From the sequence record NC_020851.1: DNA of 64,000 nucleotides, one strand, 5' to 3'. Shown here in pieces: positions 1-7,457 of this stretch; position 1 is the first letter of the stretch, and every line of letters starts with the position of its first letter. A program made the translations under genes and the position numbers. The notes beneath the pieces were generated by a model. That model made no database searches. It was not told where the DNA came from and was given only the letters and a program-made list of their open reading frames with translations.

Positions 1-673
1 AATGATACATCCTCTCCACACATATCCTGCACCTCTCCACTCTCAAAGACTTGCATCTTTGGTGCAAACCATGGATATTTAATACCTTTGTCCTCAAATA
101 CTCCGTGCTTAATTAGTAACCATCCAAATCCTGCATAGTCTACAGTAAACGGTTTACGACGCTTTGAAATACTCTCCCCAGTCTCATGATTCATCACTCC
201 ACCACTCTTACGGAAATCTTCCTCATCTAACCAGTGTGCAACTGAAGTCGTCTTACCATCCTCAGTCATATACCATCCACTCGCAATGTCCTGATCCATC
301 AGTACCAATTGCCAAAACTTCTCTGAGTTAAACACAATATCACTGTCAATCCATAACTGCCAATCATACTGTAACTTACCATCCCATGGAATTTGATCCG
401 GTCCTCTCAATACATTCGCACCTAAACATTTGCATCTTGCAAAGTTTACCATTGATGAATAATCCTGAGAAATCTGGATGCTGGCACCTGCCTGCACTAA
501 ATCAAAACAAAGTTGTACAAAGTTTTTGAGATACGTATAAGATACTCCTCTACCAGGTAAACAAAAACAATGGATTTGCCTTTTACCATTTCCTTTGCTT
601 TCGCATAATCCCATTCTGGAGCACTCTCAGTTGCTTTGGGTGTCTTTGCTTTTACTGTAAATCCTTTAGCCAT
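1..673 (-). CDS. Conserved cyanophage glycosyltransferase-like (GT-A) protein, 3' truncated by the window edge
   Basis: Manual translation MAKGFTVKAKTP...VFCLPGRG...LWIDSDIVF...GFGWLLIK...CGEDVS; contains a DxD motif and the GED motif of GT2-like enzymes. Not in the ORF track because there is no stop codon in the window. Confidence 0.65.
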
Positions 674-694
674 AACTTTAAATGAACTACTTCA

Positions 695-730
695 CTATCA
701 TAACACTCTATCTATACTCAGTCAAGACTT
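695..730 (-). promoter_or_regulatory. Sigma70-like promoter upstream of the GT-like gene
   Basis: Minus strand reads TTGACT-17 bp-TATGAT; the -35 segment TACTCAGTCAAGACTT is directly repeated at 715-730 and 738-753. Confidence 0.55.
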
Positions 731-740
731 CCTTCGGTAC

Positions 741-911
741 TCAGTCAAGACTTCGAATTACAATACAATCATTCTCTACCTCGATGTTTACTTCTGTTCC
801 CTCATACCACCCCTTCTCATCACATATCCATTCGGGTATCGTAATAATATGTTCCCCACTTACTGGGTCGATCTCTACAGTCGTAAAATTTTCCTGCGGA
901 TTTTTTTGCAT
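741..911 (-). CDS. AbrB/MazE/SpoVT-like swapped-hairpin DNA-binding protein (56 aa)
   Basis: Manual translation MQKNPQENFTTVEIDPVSGEHIITIPEWICDEKGWYEGTEVNIEVENDCIVIRSLD matches the AbrB pattern ITIP-x7-G-x2-G-x-V-x3-E-x3-IVIR. Confidence 0.7.
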   Translation of the reverse strand: MQKNPQENFTTVEIDPVSGEHIITIPEWICDEKGWYEGTEVNIEVENDCIVIRSLD

Positions 912-1091
912 ATCTTTGAACCTTGTGCCTTGTTTTTATATATGAAAACTTTTTTTATCTTCGTATTATTACTAACGCTCTTTGGGTCGTTTATAGCTTA
1001 AAGTAGTAGGGGGTTTTTATATACGGGGGCATACAACATAAGGGGGCATATACCCCCCTACTGCTGTATCACGAACGAATGACCCTATCTG

Positions 1092-1283
1092 TCAATTCTC
1101 TAGAACCCAGGTTCCCAGTTCCCCAGCATCTAAACGTTCATTCATCAGTTTCCAGTAGGGGGAGGCAATGAATTCATCTAGCAAACCCAGATGATGAACA
1201 AACCGCAAACCCTGTAACCAAGAGACGGTGCCATCCCATTCGGCAGAGGTGAGAAACTCATTCCAGATAAGGTCAGAACGCAT
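1092..1283 (-). CDS. Small hypothetical early protein
   Basis: 63-aa ORF on the coding strand with plausible composition. Confidence 0.55.
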   Translation of the reverse strand: MRSDLIWNEFLTSAEWDGTVSWLQGLRFVHHLGLLDEFIASPYWKLMNERLDAGELGTWVLEN

Positions 1284-1325
1284 GAGAGAAAATCGAAAAA
1301 TAATTGACGGGGCAGGGTTGACGAC

Positions 1326-1511
1326 TTAGACAGGTGCTCCACTACGGATGCGACGGTTCGCATGACCTGCCTTTACGGAGGGTCTCCATGCTGTCTTGGC
1401 ACCCCCGACCTGAGACATCGTTGCCTCACCCTTACGGGGTTTGCGAACTGGCAGACGGGTCACGGTGAATTTTCCCTCTGCGATTGCTGCGTTGAGTTCG
1501 ATGGTCGTCAT
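1326..1511 (-). CDS. Small basic hypothetical early protein
   Basis: 61-aa ORF with an early-promoter-like element directly upstream (about 1535-1580). Confidence 0.6.
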   Translation of the reverse strand: MTTIELNAAIAEGKFTVTRLPVRKPRKGEATMSQVGGAKTAWRPSVKAGHANRRIRSGAPV

Positions 1512-1603
1512 GAGGTGGGTTGCTTTGTTCTTTCATATTCTACAGCATCGCACCCCCCTGCCAACCCCCTAAACGATAAGGGTTGCTGATGAGGGTGATA
1601 AGA

Positions 1604-2515
1604 TTATTTGTCTACACTTTGGAACTTATTGTTGCTGAAATTGGCATAACTGAACTGCTCACGATTAACCAACTTAAATGTACCGTACTCATTAGAGTAG
1701 ACATAACCCTCACCACCGATTGGGGTCTGCCCGATGTATGCCTTTGGACCATTATTCCGACAGAGATAGATAGCATCTTCTTTTATCGACTTAACTAACA
1801 ACCAGAAACTGATGAGTTTCTCATTCATAAAGGTGGAAGCAATGACAGGACGATTCTCACGGATACAGGAATTGAGTTCCTGTTTAATCAGTTTGGCATC
1901 CTTATCTGATACAAACTCAATATTCTGTGCCATTACCTTAGCAAAAGAAATTACATCGTCTAAGTCATGGAATCTCTTCAGACCATCATCATACAAACCA
2001 GAAGCAATCGTTGCTCTAGGTTTCACAAACTTACAATAGAATGTGTCGGTGATAGTGAAGTTCATCGGGTGTGCGATTGCGTCCCTTAAATCACTCTCTG
2101 CTGTATAGTAAGTGTGAGGAGCAACAATTATTTCCTCTTCTATAATGTTATCGAACTGATAGGTGATTGTGTTCGGTGTGTATTCATCATTGCCACCGAA
2201 TCCGATAAAGTCTCCCTGAAAGATACCTTCGGTTTGTGGAAGATAGTCAAGACACTTATGCAGAATTGTTGCAACGTTGCCCGTATGGTTAGCATCAATA
2301 TCCTGATGCGATTCGTTGATTTTGATCTTTACTTTGTTAAAAACTGACTTAGTACCAACGAAGAAATTACCAGTCGCAGGATTCTTTCCCCATACGATTG
2401 CAGGTGCTCCGTCCATTTTCACTGACAGATTGCCTTCGTTACGTAGACAATCAAGAGCACTTAAATCTCCGGTGAGAATAGAATCTTCGGGATGTTCGAT
2501 GTGCTTGTTTTGCAT
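1604..2515 (-). CDS. Conserved T4-like phage protein with ATP-dependent ligase/nucleotidyltransferase-like motifs
   Basis: Motif-like segments in order: SVKMDG (I), FVGTKS (Ia), FQGDF (III), GEGYV (IV), FKLV (V). Confidence 0.55.
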   Translation of the reverse strand: MQNKHIEHPEDSILTGDLSALDCLRNEGNLSVKMDGAPAIVWGKNPATGNFFVGTKSVFNKVKIKINESHQDIDANHTGNVATILHKCLDYLPQTEGIFQGDFIGFGGNDEYTPNTITYQFDNIIEEEIIVAPHTYYTAESDLRDAIAHPMNFTITDTFYCKFVKPRATIASGLYDDGLKRFHDLDDVISFAKVMAQNIEFVSDKDAKLIKQELNSCIRENRPVIASTFMNEKLISFWLLVKSIKEDAIYLCRNNGPKAYIGQTPIGGEGYVYSNEYGTFKLVNREQFSYANFSNNKFQSVDK

Positions 2516-2588
2516 TTAGAGAATGATGAGAATGAGAATAATTGAGTAGAATTGGGCATAGATTGATGCCCATTCTTTTTAGTTTTAA

Positions 2589-2906
2589 TCATGCAAGACG
2601 CATACCGTCAAAGAAAGGAATTGGAGAACCTTGATAATTAACGAACCACTGAAAGTTCTTTTGAAAAACATATTCACCGTCCATTCCGAAGGCAGAAAGT
2701 AAAGCATTCAAACGTGACTTTGTGGTCTTTGATTGTCTGCCACCGTCAAAGATTTGAATCCAGGTGTCACCAACGGTTGCGATTTTGTTTCCGTGGAGAT
2801 ACACATCAGAGGTGCCTTCCCAACCGGGGATAACAGTCGTATTGGCAGATGACCATCGTTCATCATTCTGAACTGCTGTGATCATCTGGGTTTCGATCTT
2901 ACGCAT
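2589..2906 (-). CDS. Conserved cyanophage hypothetical protein
   Basis: 105-aa ORF MRKIE...KTTKSRLNAL...FQKNFQWFV, preceded by a promoter repeat. Confidence 0.7.
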   Translation of the reverse strand: MRKIETQMITAVQNDERWSSANTTVIPGWEGTSDVYLHGNKIATVGDTWIQIFDGGRQSKTTKSRLNALLSAFGMDGEYVFQKNFQWFVNYQGSPIPFFDGMRLA

Positions 2907-3067
2907 GAGAGGCAGGTAGAAAGGTCTGAGAGGTGTGGTGAGGTGCTCCCCCCTCCACTTCTATAAGATACACGATTTTGGGGGTCTGTGCCGTTTTAGT
3001 GGACACTTTGGCCAACTGGCACAAGGTCGGCCGCTCTGAGTATCATTTAGTGATACTACAGTGAGTG

Positions 3068-3358
3068 TTACTTAGTCTCCACCATTTCCTGCTGATACTG
3101 CACAAGTTGCTCCTCTACGACTTCATCTACACAATCTTGAATCATTGTGTAGATGTAATCTATTTGCCCAACATCATCAAAGATACGTGCAATCAATGCA
3201 GGATCTTCTACGTTATTACCATAATCAGTGTTGCCATCTTCGTCCTTCAAATGACAATCATTCTTAGTATAAATCCATGCTGCACATTCTGCATCTTCTC
3301 CCTGTTCTTTGATCATACTGTTAACACGGTCCGCAAGTTGCTTGAGAGTGTAGTTCAT
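3068..3358 (-). CDS. Small acidic early protein
   Basis: 96-aa ORF bounded by repeats. Confidence 0.7.
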   Translation of the reverse strand: MNYTLKQLADRVNSMIKEQGEDAECAAWIYTKNDCHLKDEDGNTDYGNNVEDPALIARIFDDVGQIDYIYTMIQDCVDEVVEEQLVQYQQEMVETK

Positions 3359-3399
3359 AATTTGAATGAGAGAGTGTTAGATAGTGCAGTGAGTAAGTG

Positions 3400-3552
3400 T
3401 TACTCAGGACGAAGTTTGACTGTAATAATCTCAAAGTTTGGATGCAATTCTTTGCATCTTGCGTATGCTTCGGCAGCAGTTTCTCTCATGTAAGAGAGCA
3501 CATCGTGCATCTCTTTTTTGTTGTCGTAACCGTAGCAATTCCAGATAGGCAT
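3400..3552 (-). CDS. Small early protein (50 aa)
   Basis: Manual translation MPIWNCYGYDNKKEMHDVLSYMRETAAEAYARCKELHPNFEIITVKLRPE; fills the gap between two B repeats exactly. Confidence 0.7.
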   Translation of the reverse strand: MPIWNCYGYDNKKEMHDVLSYMRETAAEAYARCKELHPNFEIITVKLRPE

Positions 3553-3579
3553 GTGATTTAGTGGATGAATGAGTTAGTA

Positions 3580-3795
3580 TCAGTTACCGAAGAACTCATC
3601 GTGACAATCTGCCACGAAATCTATCAGTTCGTCGGTGCAATTAAGACCGAAACGATCGCATACGAAATCGACACACATTTCAAGTGGAGGCATCATCTCC
3701 AGCATGTAGTTTGCGAGGTCTGATGCAATCTCTTCCTTGAGACGGTTCATATCATTTTGCATGGCATAGGTGCAGGGGTCGGTGTAGGTTTGCAT
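3580..3795 (-). CDS. Small acidic early protein (71 aa)
   Basis: The real start is probably MQTYTDP at 3795; the longer ORF-track start runs through promoter repeat A. Confidence 0.7.
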   Translation of the reverse strand: MQTYTDPCTYAMQNDMNRLKEEIASDLANYMLEMMPPLEMCVDFVCDRFGLNCTDELIDFVADCHDEFFGN

Positions 3796-3929
3796 TTGGT
3801 GAATTCCTGATGACTTAACTACAATACACGATTTTGAGGTCTGTGCCGAAACCTTGTGCCACTTTGTCCGACTGTCCACTCGCGGCTGACCTGAGTATCA
3901 TTTAGTGGGGAGATTGCCTCCCCTAAGTG

Positions 3930-4103
3930 TTAATTAACGACTGTGAGTTCTACATTCTTTGCCATCCAAATCTGTTCGATGATATCATCAAGAGTGGCAA
4001 TCTGTTCATCGAAAGTATTATCTTTCGTAATAGAACTACACCTGATAAGTTCACCTCTACGGTCTACAAGTGCCATTCTTAAGTTAGTGCCAGAAATGTT
4101 CAT
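3930..4103 (-). CDS. Small early protein (57 aa)
   Basis: Manual translation MNISGTNLRMALVDRRGELIRCSSITKDNTFDEQIATLDDIIEQIWMAKNVELTVVN, immediately after a B repeat. Confidence 0.65.
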   Translation of the reverse strand: MNISGTNLRMALVDRRGELIRCSSITKDNTFDEQIATLDDIIEQIWMAKNVELTVVN

Positions 4104-4139
4104 TAAGTGTTAGTTAGTGAGTGAATGAGTAGGTGTTAC

Positions 4140-4418
4140 TTACATAATGTGCTCTAGAGCAACTTTACCATAAACTTCGTAGAAACAATCCCATGCCCAA
4201 ATATCATGCACGAAAGAATTGCAACCTTCTACCTGTTCAACAATCCAATCGTATGCCATATCTAAATCAGCATCCATTTCACCCACAAAATCATACAAAC
4301 CTTCCATTGCTGATTTGAAATTAGGGTCTTCCATTAGTGATAATGCTGTCTTGCCAGTCTCATTATCACGAATAATCATTTGACCTTCGATGTTGTATGC
4401 TTTGGAGAATTGAGGCAT
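4140..4418 (-). CDS. Small acidic early protein
   Basis: 92-aa ORF between B repeats. Confidence 0.7.
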   Translation of the reverse strand: MPQFSKAYNIEGQMIIRDNETGKTALSLMEDPNFKSAMEGLYDFVGEMDADLDMAYDWIVEQVEGCNSFVHDIWAWDCFYEVYGKVALEHIM

Positions 4419-4464
4419 TTTGTTAGTTAAAGAATGAATGAGTAAGTGTTAAACAGTGAGTAAA

Positions 4465-4623
4465 TCAGTCTCCCAATTCGATTACTGTATGCCCGAGGTA
4501 ATCTTCAACCCAGACAGTGGAATTAGACTCACTATACATCGAATAAGCAACATCGATGGCATGATCCTGAGAGGAGCAATTCTCAGTTTCGTTAAGTGCT
4601 GGACAGTGAACAGTGTAAAGCAA
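4465..4623 (-). CDS. Small early protein (probable TTG start)
   Basis: The coding part LYTVHCPALNETENC... lies downstream of promoter repeat A3; the ORF-track 5' extension is the repeat itself. Confidence 0.5.
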   Translation of the reverse strand: MLYTVHCPALNETENCSSQDHAIDVAYSMYSESNSTVWVEDYLGHTVIELGD

Positions 4624-4752
4624 AATTGAACTCGTTTCTTTGACCCTTCTACAATACACGATTTTGAGGTCTGTGCCGTGACCTTGTGACACTTTGTCCG
4701 ACTGTCTACTCGCGGCTGACCTGAGTATCATTTAGTGATACTACAGTGAGTG

Positions 4753-5025
4753 TTACTTAGTGAGAACTAATTCTTTGATCTCCAACTCATGCTCTACGCC
4801 AAACCTATCATTCAACTCATCATAAGTAGTTTTTTTGTATTCCCACTTCTTTGCAAGTTCTAAAAGACGAGGCATTTCCTTAACCTTCATCTCTTCAAGG
4901 TAATCCTCCGCTTCATTTAACGTAAGGAAAGTCTTAGTATGGTCTGAATCCAACATAGGAATTTCAAAGCTTTCATAATCATCGCATTCATACTGGATTT
5001 CGAAAACTAGATAAACTGAAGTCAT
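4753..5025 (-). CDS. Small acidic early protein
   Basis: 90-aa ORF between A repeats. Confidence 0.65.
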   Translation of the reverse strand: MTSVYLVFEIQYECDDYESFEIPMLDSDHTKTFLTLNEAEDYLEEMKVKEMPRLLELAKKWEYKKTTYDELNDRFGVEHELEIKELVLTK

Positions 5026-5140
5026 TGTTGTTCCTTTGGTAAATTCCTTTGACTCTTTAATAATACACTATTTTGAGGTCTGTGCCGTGACCTTGTGCCA
5101 CTTTGTCCAACTGTCTACTCGCGGCTGACCTGAGTGTTAC

Positions 5141-5290
5141 TTAGTAGTCTAATTTGCCGTTAATGTAACTTTCTACATCAAACTTCTTATCATCTTCTCC
5201 CTCTTCCTTATATTCAATCACATCATAAATCTCACCGGGCATATCATTAATCTCAGAGAAAATGTCAGTGTCGAAAGTGTCGTAATCCAT
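5141..5290 (-). CDS. Very acidic small early protein (49 aa)
   Basis: Manual translation MDYDTFDTDIFSEINDMPGEIYDVIEYKEEGEDDKKFDVESYINGKLDY. Confidence 0.7.
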   Translation of the reverse strand: MDYDTFDTDIFSEINDMPGEIYDVIEYKEEGEDDKKFDVESYINGKLDY

Positions 5291-5331
5291 TTTAAAAAAG
5301 TGTTAGTTAGTGAGAGTTGAGTAAGTGTTAC

Positions 5332-5529
5332 TTATGAATTCATATCAGTCCAAGTTTCTTCACCATAGCAATCGATAATCTCCCCTTTCAACTCATCCAT
5401 ATTGTAATCTTTGAGATTCTGTTCAATACTTTCAACCGCAAAAGTAATCAACGAATCCATATCCATTCCTTCTACAATCATCTCTGCATAAGCATTCTTC
5501 AGTTGATCGATTTGATTGAGAGTCATCAT
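5332..5529 (-). CDS. Small acidic early protein
   Basis: 65-aa ORF between B repeats. Confidence 0.7.
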   Translation of the reverse strand: MMTLNQIDQLKNAYAEMIVEGMDMDSLITFAVESIEQNLKDYNMDELKGEIIDCYGEETWTDMNS

Positions 5530-5571
5530 TTGAAAAAAAGTGTTAGTTAGTGTGAGTTGAGTAAGTGTTAC

Positions 5572-5721
5572 TTAAGCAAGAAGATTATCAATCACACGTT
5601 CAACATCTGCCGAAACTTCAATGCCTTGAGATTCACAATAATCAAGACACATTTGAAGGTCAGGTTGCATCTCCTCTACGAAATCATAGAGGGTTTCAAA
5701 TACAGTTTGAGAACAAGTCAT
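5572..5721 (-). CDS. Small acidic early protein (49 aa)
   Basis: Manual translation MTCSQTVFETLYDFVEEMQPDLQMCLDYCESQGIEVSADVERVIDNLLA, between B repeats. Confidence 0.7.
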   Translation of the reverse strand: MTCSQTVFETLYDFVEEMQPDLQMCLDYCESQGIEVSADVERVIDNLLA

Positions 5722-5755
5722 AATGTTAGTTAGTGAGTGAATGAGTAAGGGTTAC

Positions 5756-5995
5756 TTAGTCTATAAGTTCTTTCATCATTTCGTTTACTTCTATTCCGTT
5801 GATATTAACATCGTCCCACTTACAACTGTCTGGTGTTTCTTTACTTCCGGCATCGTGAATCATACTTACCAGATGTCCATAAGTTCCACCATCCCTTGCA
5901 ACATCACATGCCAGTTCATACAAACCAGGATCATTTCCGATCCAGAGAGCAACATTCCAGGTCTCCCAATTTGTCCAACCGTTGTAACCTTGCAT
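5756..5995 (-). CDS. Phage protein with YNGWTNWETWNV motif
   Basis: The N-terminal YNGW-T-N-x-E-T-W motif is common in small phage early proteins. Confidence 0.7.
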   Translation of the reverse strand: MQGYNGWTNWETWNVALWIGNDPGLYELACDVARDGGTYGHLVSMIHDAGSKETPDSCKWDDVNINGIEVNEMMKELID

Positions 5996-6087
5996 TTGGT
6001 GAATTCCTGATGACTTAACTACAATACACGATTTTGAGGTCTGTGCTCATTTATTGTGCCACTAATACTTTTGGCACATAGTATCAC

Positions 6088-6306
6088 TTACACAGTACGA
6101 ATCGTGATACTACACATTAACTCATGAGCAACATCGATAGAGTCATCTTCTCTCACAATTGGAAGATTAGTATCAACAAACTCCGAAGCAAGATCCATCA
6201 TTAACTCATGCATTCTTTCATCTCCTGCTGCAAACTCAGCAAACTCTTCAGAGAATCCGGATGCTAACCTACGAATTGCTTCGTCATGTACATTGAGAAC
6301 GGTCAT
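6088..6306 (-). CDS. Small acidic early protein
   Basis: 72-aa ORF after a B repeat. Confidence 0.65.
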   Translation of the reverse strand: MTVLNVHDEAIRRLASGFSEEFAEFAAGDERMHELMMDLASEFVDTNLPIVREDDSIDVAHELMCSITIRTV

Positions 6307-6346
6307 TTTGAAAAAAAGTGTTAGTTAGTGAACGAATGAATGAATG

Positions 6347-6511
6347 TTACTTAGCAGGGAAATTCTTACACACAGCATCACATAAAATCTTCACAAGTTC
6401 TTCATCATAATTGACATCATACTGTGCAAAGTAATCAGTGATGATACAATCAATGTCTTCCATCAATTGTTCACGACTAGTTAACATGTCAAGTGTGTCG
6501 TTGTTAATCAT
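6347..6511 (-). CDS. Small cyanophage early protein (54 aa)
   Basis: Manual translation MINNDTLDMLTSREQLMEDIDCIITDYFAQYDVNYDEELVKILCDAVCKNFPAK. Confidence 0.7.
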   Translation of the reverse strand: MINNDTLDMLTSREQLMEDIDCIITDYFAQYDVNYDEELVKILCDAVCKNFPAK

Positions 6512-6572
6512 TTTTAGGGTGAATTCCTGATGACTTAACTACAATACATGATTTTAGGGTCATGTGCTCATA

Positions 6573-6673
6573 TAGTGTGCCACTTCCCCGACTGTCACAC
6601 TCATAAGGTCTCTCTATGGGTCTTATAAGGTCTTCTAATGCCCTCTCGTGACAGTCGGGGAAGTGGCACACTA
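6573..6673. repeat. Perfect 26-bp inverted repeat with a 49-bp spacer
   Basis: TAGTGTGCCACTTCCCCGACTGTCAC (6573-6598) and GTGACAGTCGGGGAAGTGGCACACTA (6648-6673) are exact reverse complements. Confidence 0.95.
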
Positions 6674-6823
6674 ATACACGTCTACGGTCTCTCTGATGCT
6701 AATATCAACATTCTCGTCACCTTCCAGTCCTAAGATATCATTCCAATCAATATCTTTAAGATTTAAATCATCATAACACTCGATGTCTAATGTAACACTT
6801 ATGATGCGTTTGTGTGCGTACAT
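6671..6823 (-). CDS. Small acidic protein (50 aa)
   Basis: Manual translation MYAHKRIISVTLDIECYDDLNLKDIDWNDILGLEGDENVDISIRETVDVY. Confidence 0.6.
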   Translation of the reverse strand: MYAHKRIISVTLDIECYDDLNLKDIDWNDILGLEGDENVDISIRETVDVY

Positions 6824-6899
6824 GTGTATCTCGTATGATGTGTGTTATAATGTGTTATGTGTACACATATCTCGTAATGTATACATGTATCTCGTAACG

Positions 6900-7103
6900 T
6901 TATGCGTAATGTTTATACGCAAGCTCTACGTAATCACATGTATCTCGTGCGTACTCATCATCTATCTCGTATGTATCCTGGGTGTTATGTGTATCTCGTA
7001 GTGTATATGTATCTCGTGCATAATGCTCACACATCTCGTCTTTATAATACGTATAAGACTCGTTGTTATAATGATACTGTAACTCGTGGTCTTCGTAATA
7101 CAT
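6900..7103 (-). CDS. Tyr/Asp-rich low-complexity small protein
   Basis: 67-aa ORF in a region of repeated ATCTCGT motifs. Confidence 0.4.
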   Translation of the reverse strand: MYYEDHELQYHYNNESYTYYKDEMCEHYARDTYTLRDTHNTQDTYEIDDEYARDTCDYVELAYKHYA

Positions 7104-7250
7104 GGGTCTCGTCGAGATTTGTATGTTACTTGTATATTATACAGACATCTCGCACGTATGTCAAGTATGATCTCGTGCGGCATTCATAAGCATTATTTAT
7201 AAGTCTCGACGAGAAAAATGTGTGGGTCTCAGAGTTTTTATGCGGGGTGC

Positions 7251-7279
7251 TTGACAAAACTGCCGTCTTGTGGTAGAGT
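7251..7279 (+). promoter_or_regulatory. Near-consensus sigma70 promoter pointing into a non-coding repeat region
   Basis: TTGACA (7251)-17 bp-TAGAGT (7274) with extended -10 TG; opposite in orientation to the flanking genes. Confidence 0.7.
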
Positions 7280-7301
7280 GCGGGTAAAGGTCACAAGTCT
7301 C

Positions 7302-7405
7302 AGAAGGTTTATAAGAGTATTAGAGAAGGTTTATAAGAGTATTAGAGAAGGTTTATAAGAGTATTAGAGAAGGTTTATAAGAGTATTAGAGAAGGTTTAT
7401 AAGAG
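7302..7405 (+). repeat. Tandem 22-bp repeat, 4.7 copies (iteron-like)
   Basis: Unit AGAAGGTTTATAAGAGTATTAG begins at 7302, 7324, 7346, 7368 and 7390 (partial). Confidence 0.95.
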
Positions 7406-7406
7406 G

Positions 7407-7457
7407 TTTTCCACACATAAAAGACACTTATCCACAGAAATAACCCACTTATCCACA
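7407..7457 (+). promoter_or_regulatory. Three DnaA-box consensus sites in 21-bp phase
   Basis: TTTTCCACA 7407, TTATCCACA 7428 and TTATCCACA 7449 all match TTWTNCACA; an AT-rich tract follows at 7475-7520. Confidence 0.7.

Larger units (their letters stand above)
3061..6353 (-). repeat. Repeat family B: about 35-45 bp intergenic linkers between consecutive small ORFs (about 3373, 3553, 4105, 4421, 5295, 5534, 5724, 6311; partial copies at 3061, 4741, 5131)
   Basis: Plus-strand consensus GTGTTAGTTAGTGAGTGAATGAGTAAGTGTTACTTA. On the mRNA strand it starts with the upstream stop codon (TAAGTAACACTTACTCA...CACTAACTAACAC) and ends just before the next ATG. Confidence 0.9.
2969..6600 (-). repeat. 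Repeat family A: six dispersed 80-115 bp early-promoter elements (about 2969-3074, 3791-3907, 4649-4760, 5062-5144, 5991-6080, 6518-6600)
   Basis: Shared plus-strand core ATACACGATTTTGAGGTCTGTGCC..CCTTGTG(C/A)CACTTTGTCCGACTGTC(C/T)ACTCGCGGCTGACCTGAGT; GAATTCCTGATGACTTAACTACAATACA is identical at 3801, 6001 and 6521. On the minus strand there is a -10-like TATTGT and upstream GGCACA/GGACA boxes. Confidence 0.9.

Noticed and set aside
2969-6600. Early repeats as a CRISPR array or a true integron (attC) array
   Set aside because: The intervening sequences are full ORFs of variable length, the repeats lack the attC R''/L''/L'/R' palindrome, and there is no tyrosine integrase in the window.
7302-7405. 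22-bp tandem repeat as a CRISPR array
   Set aside because: The units are contiguous with no unique spacers, and no cas genes are present.
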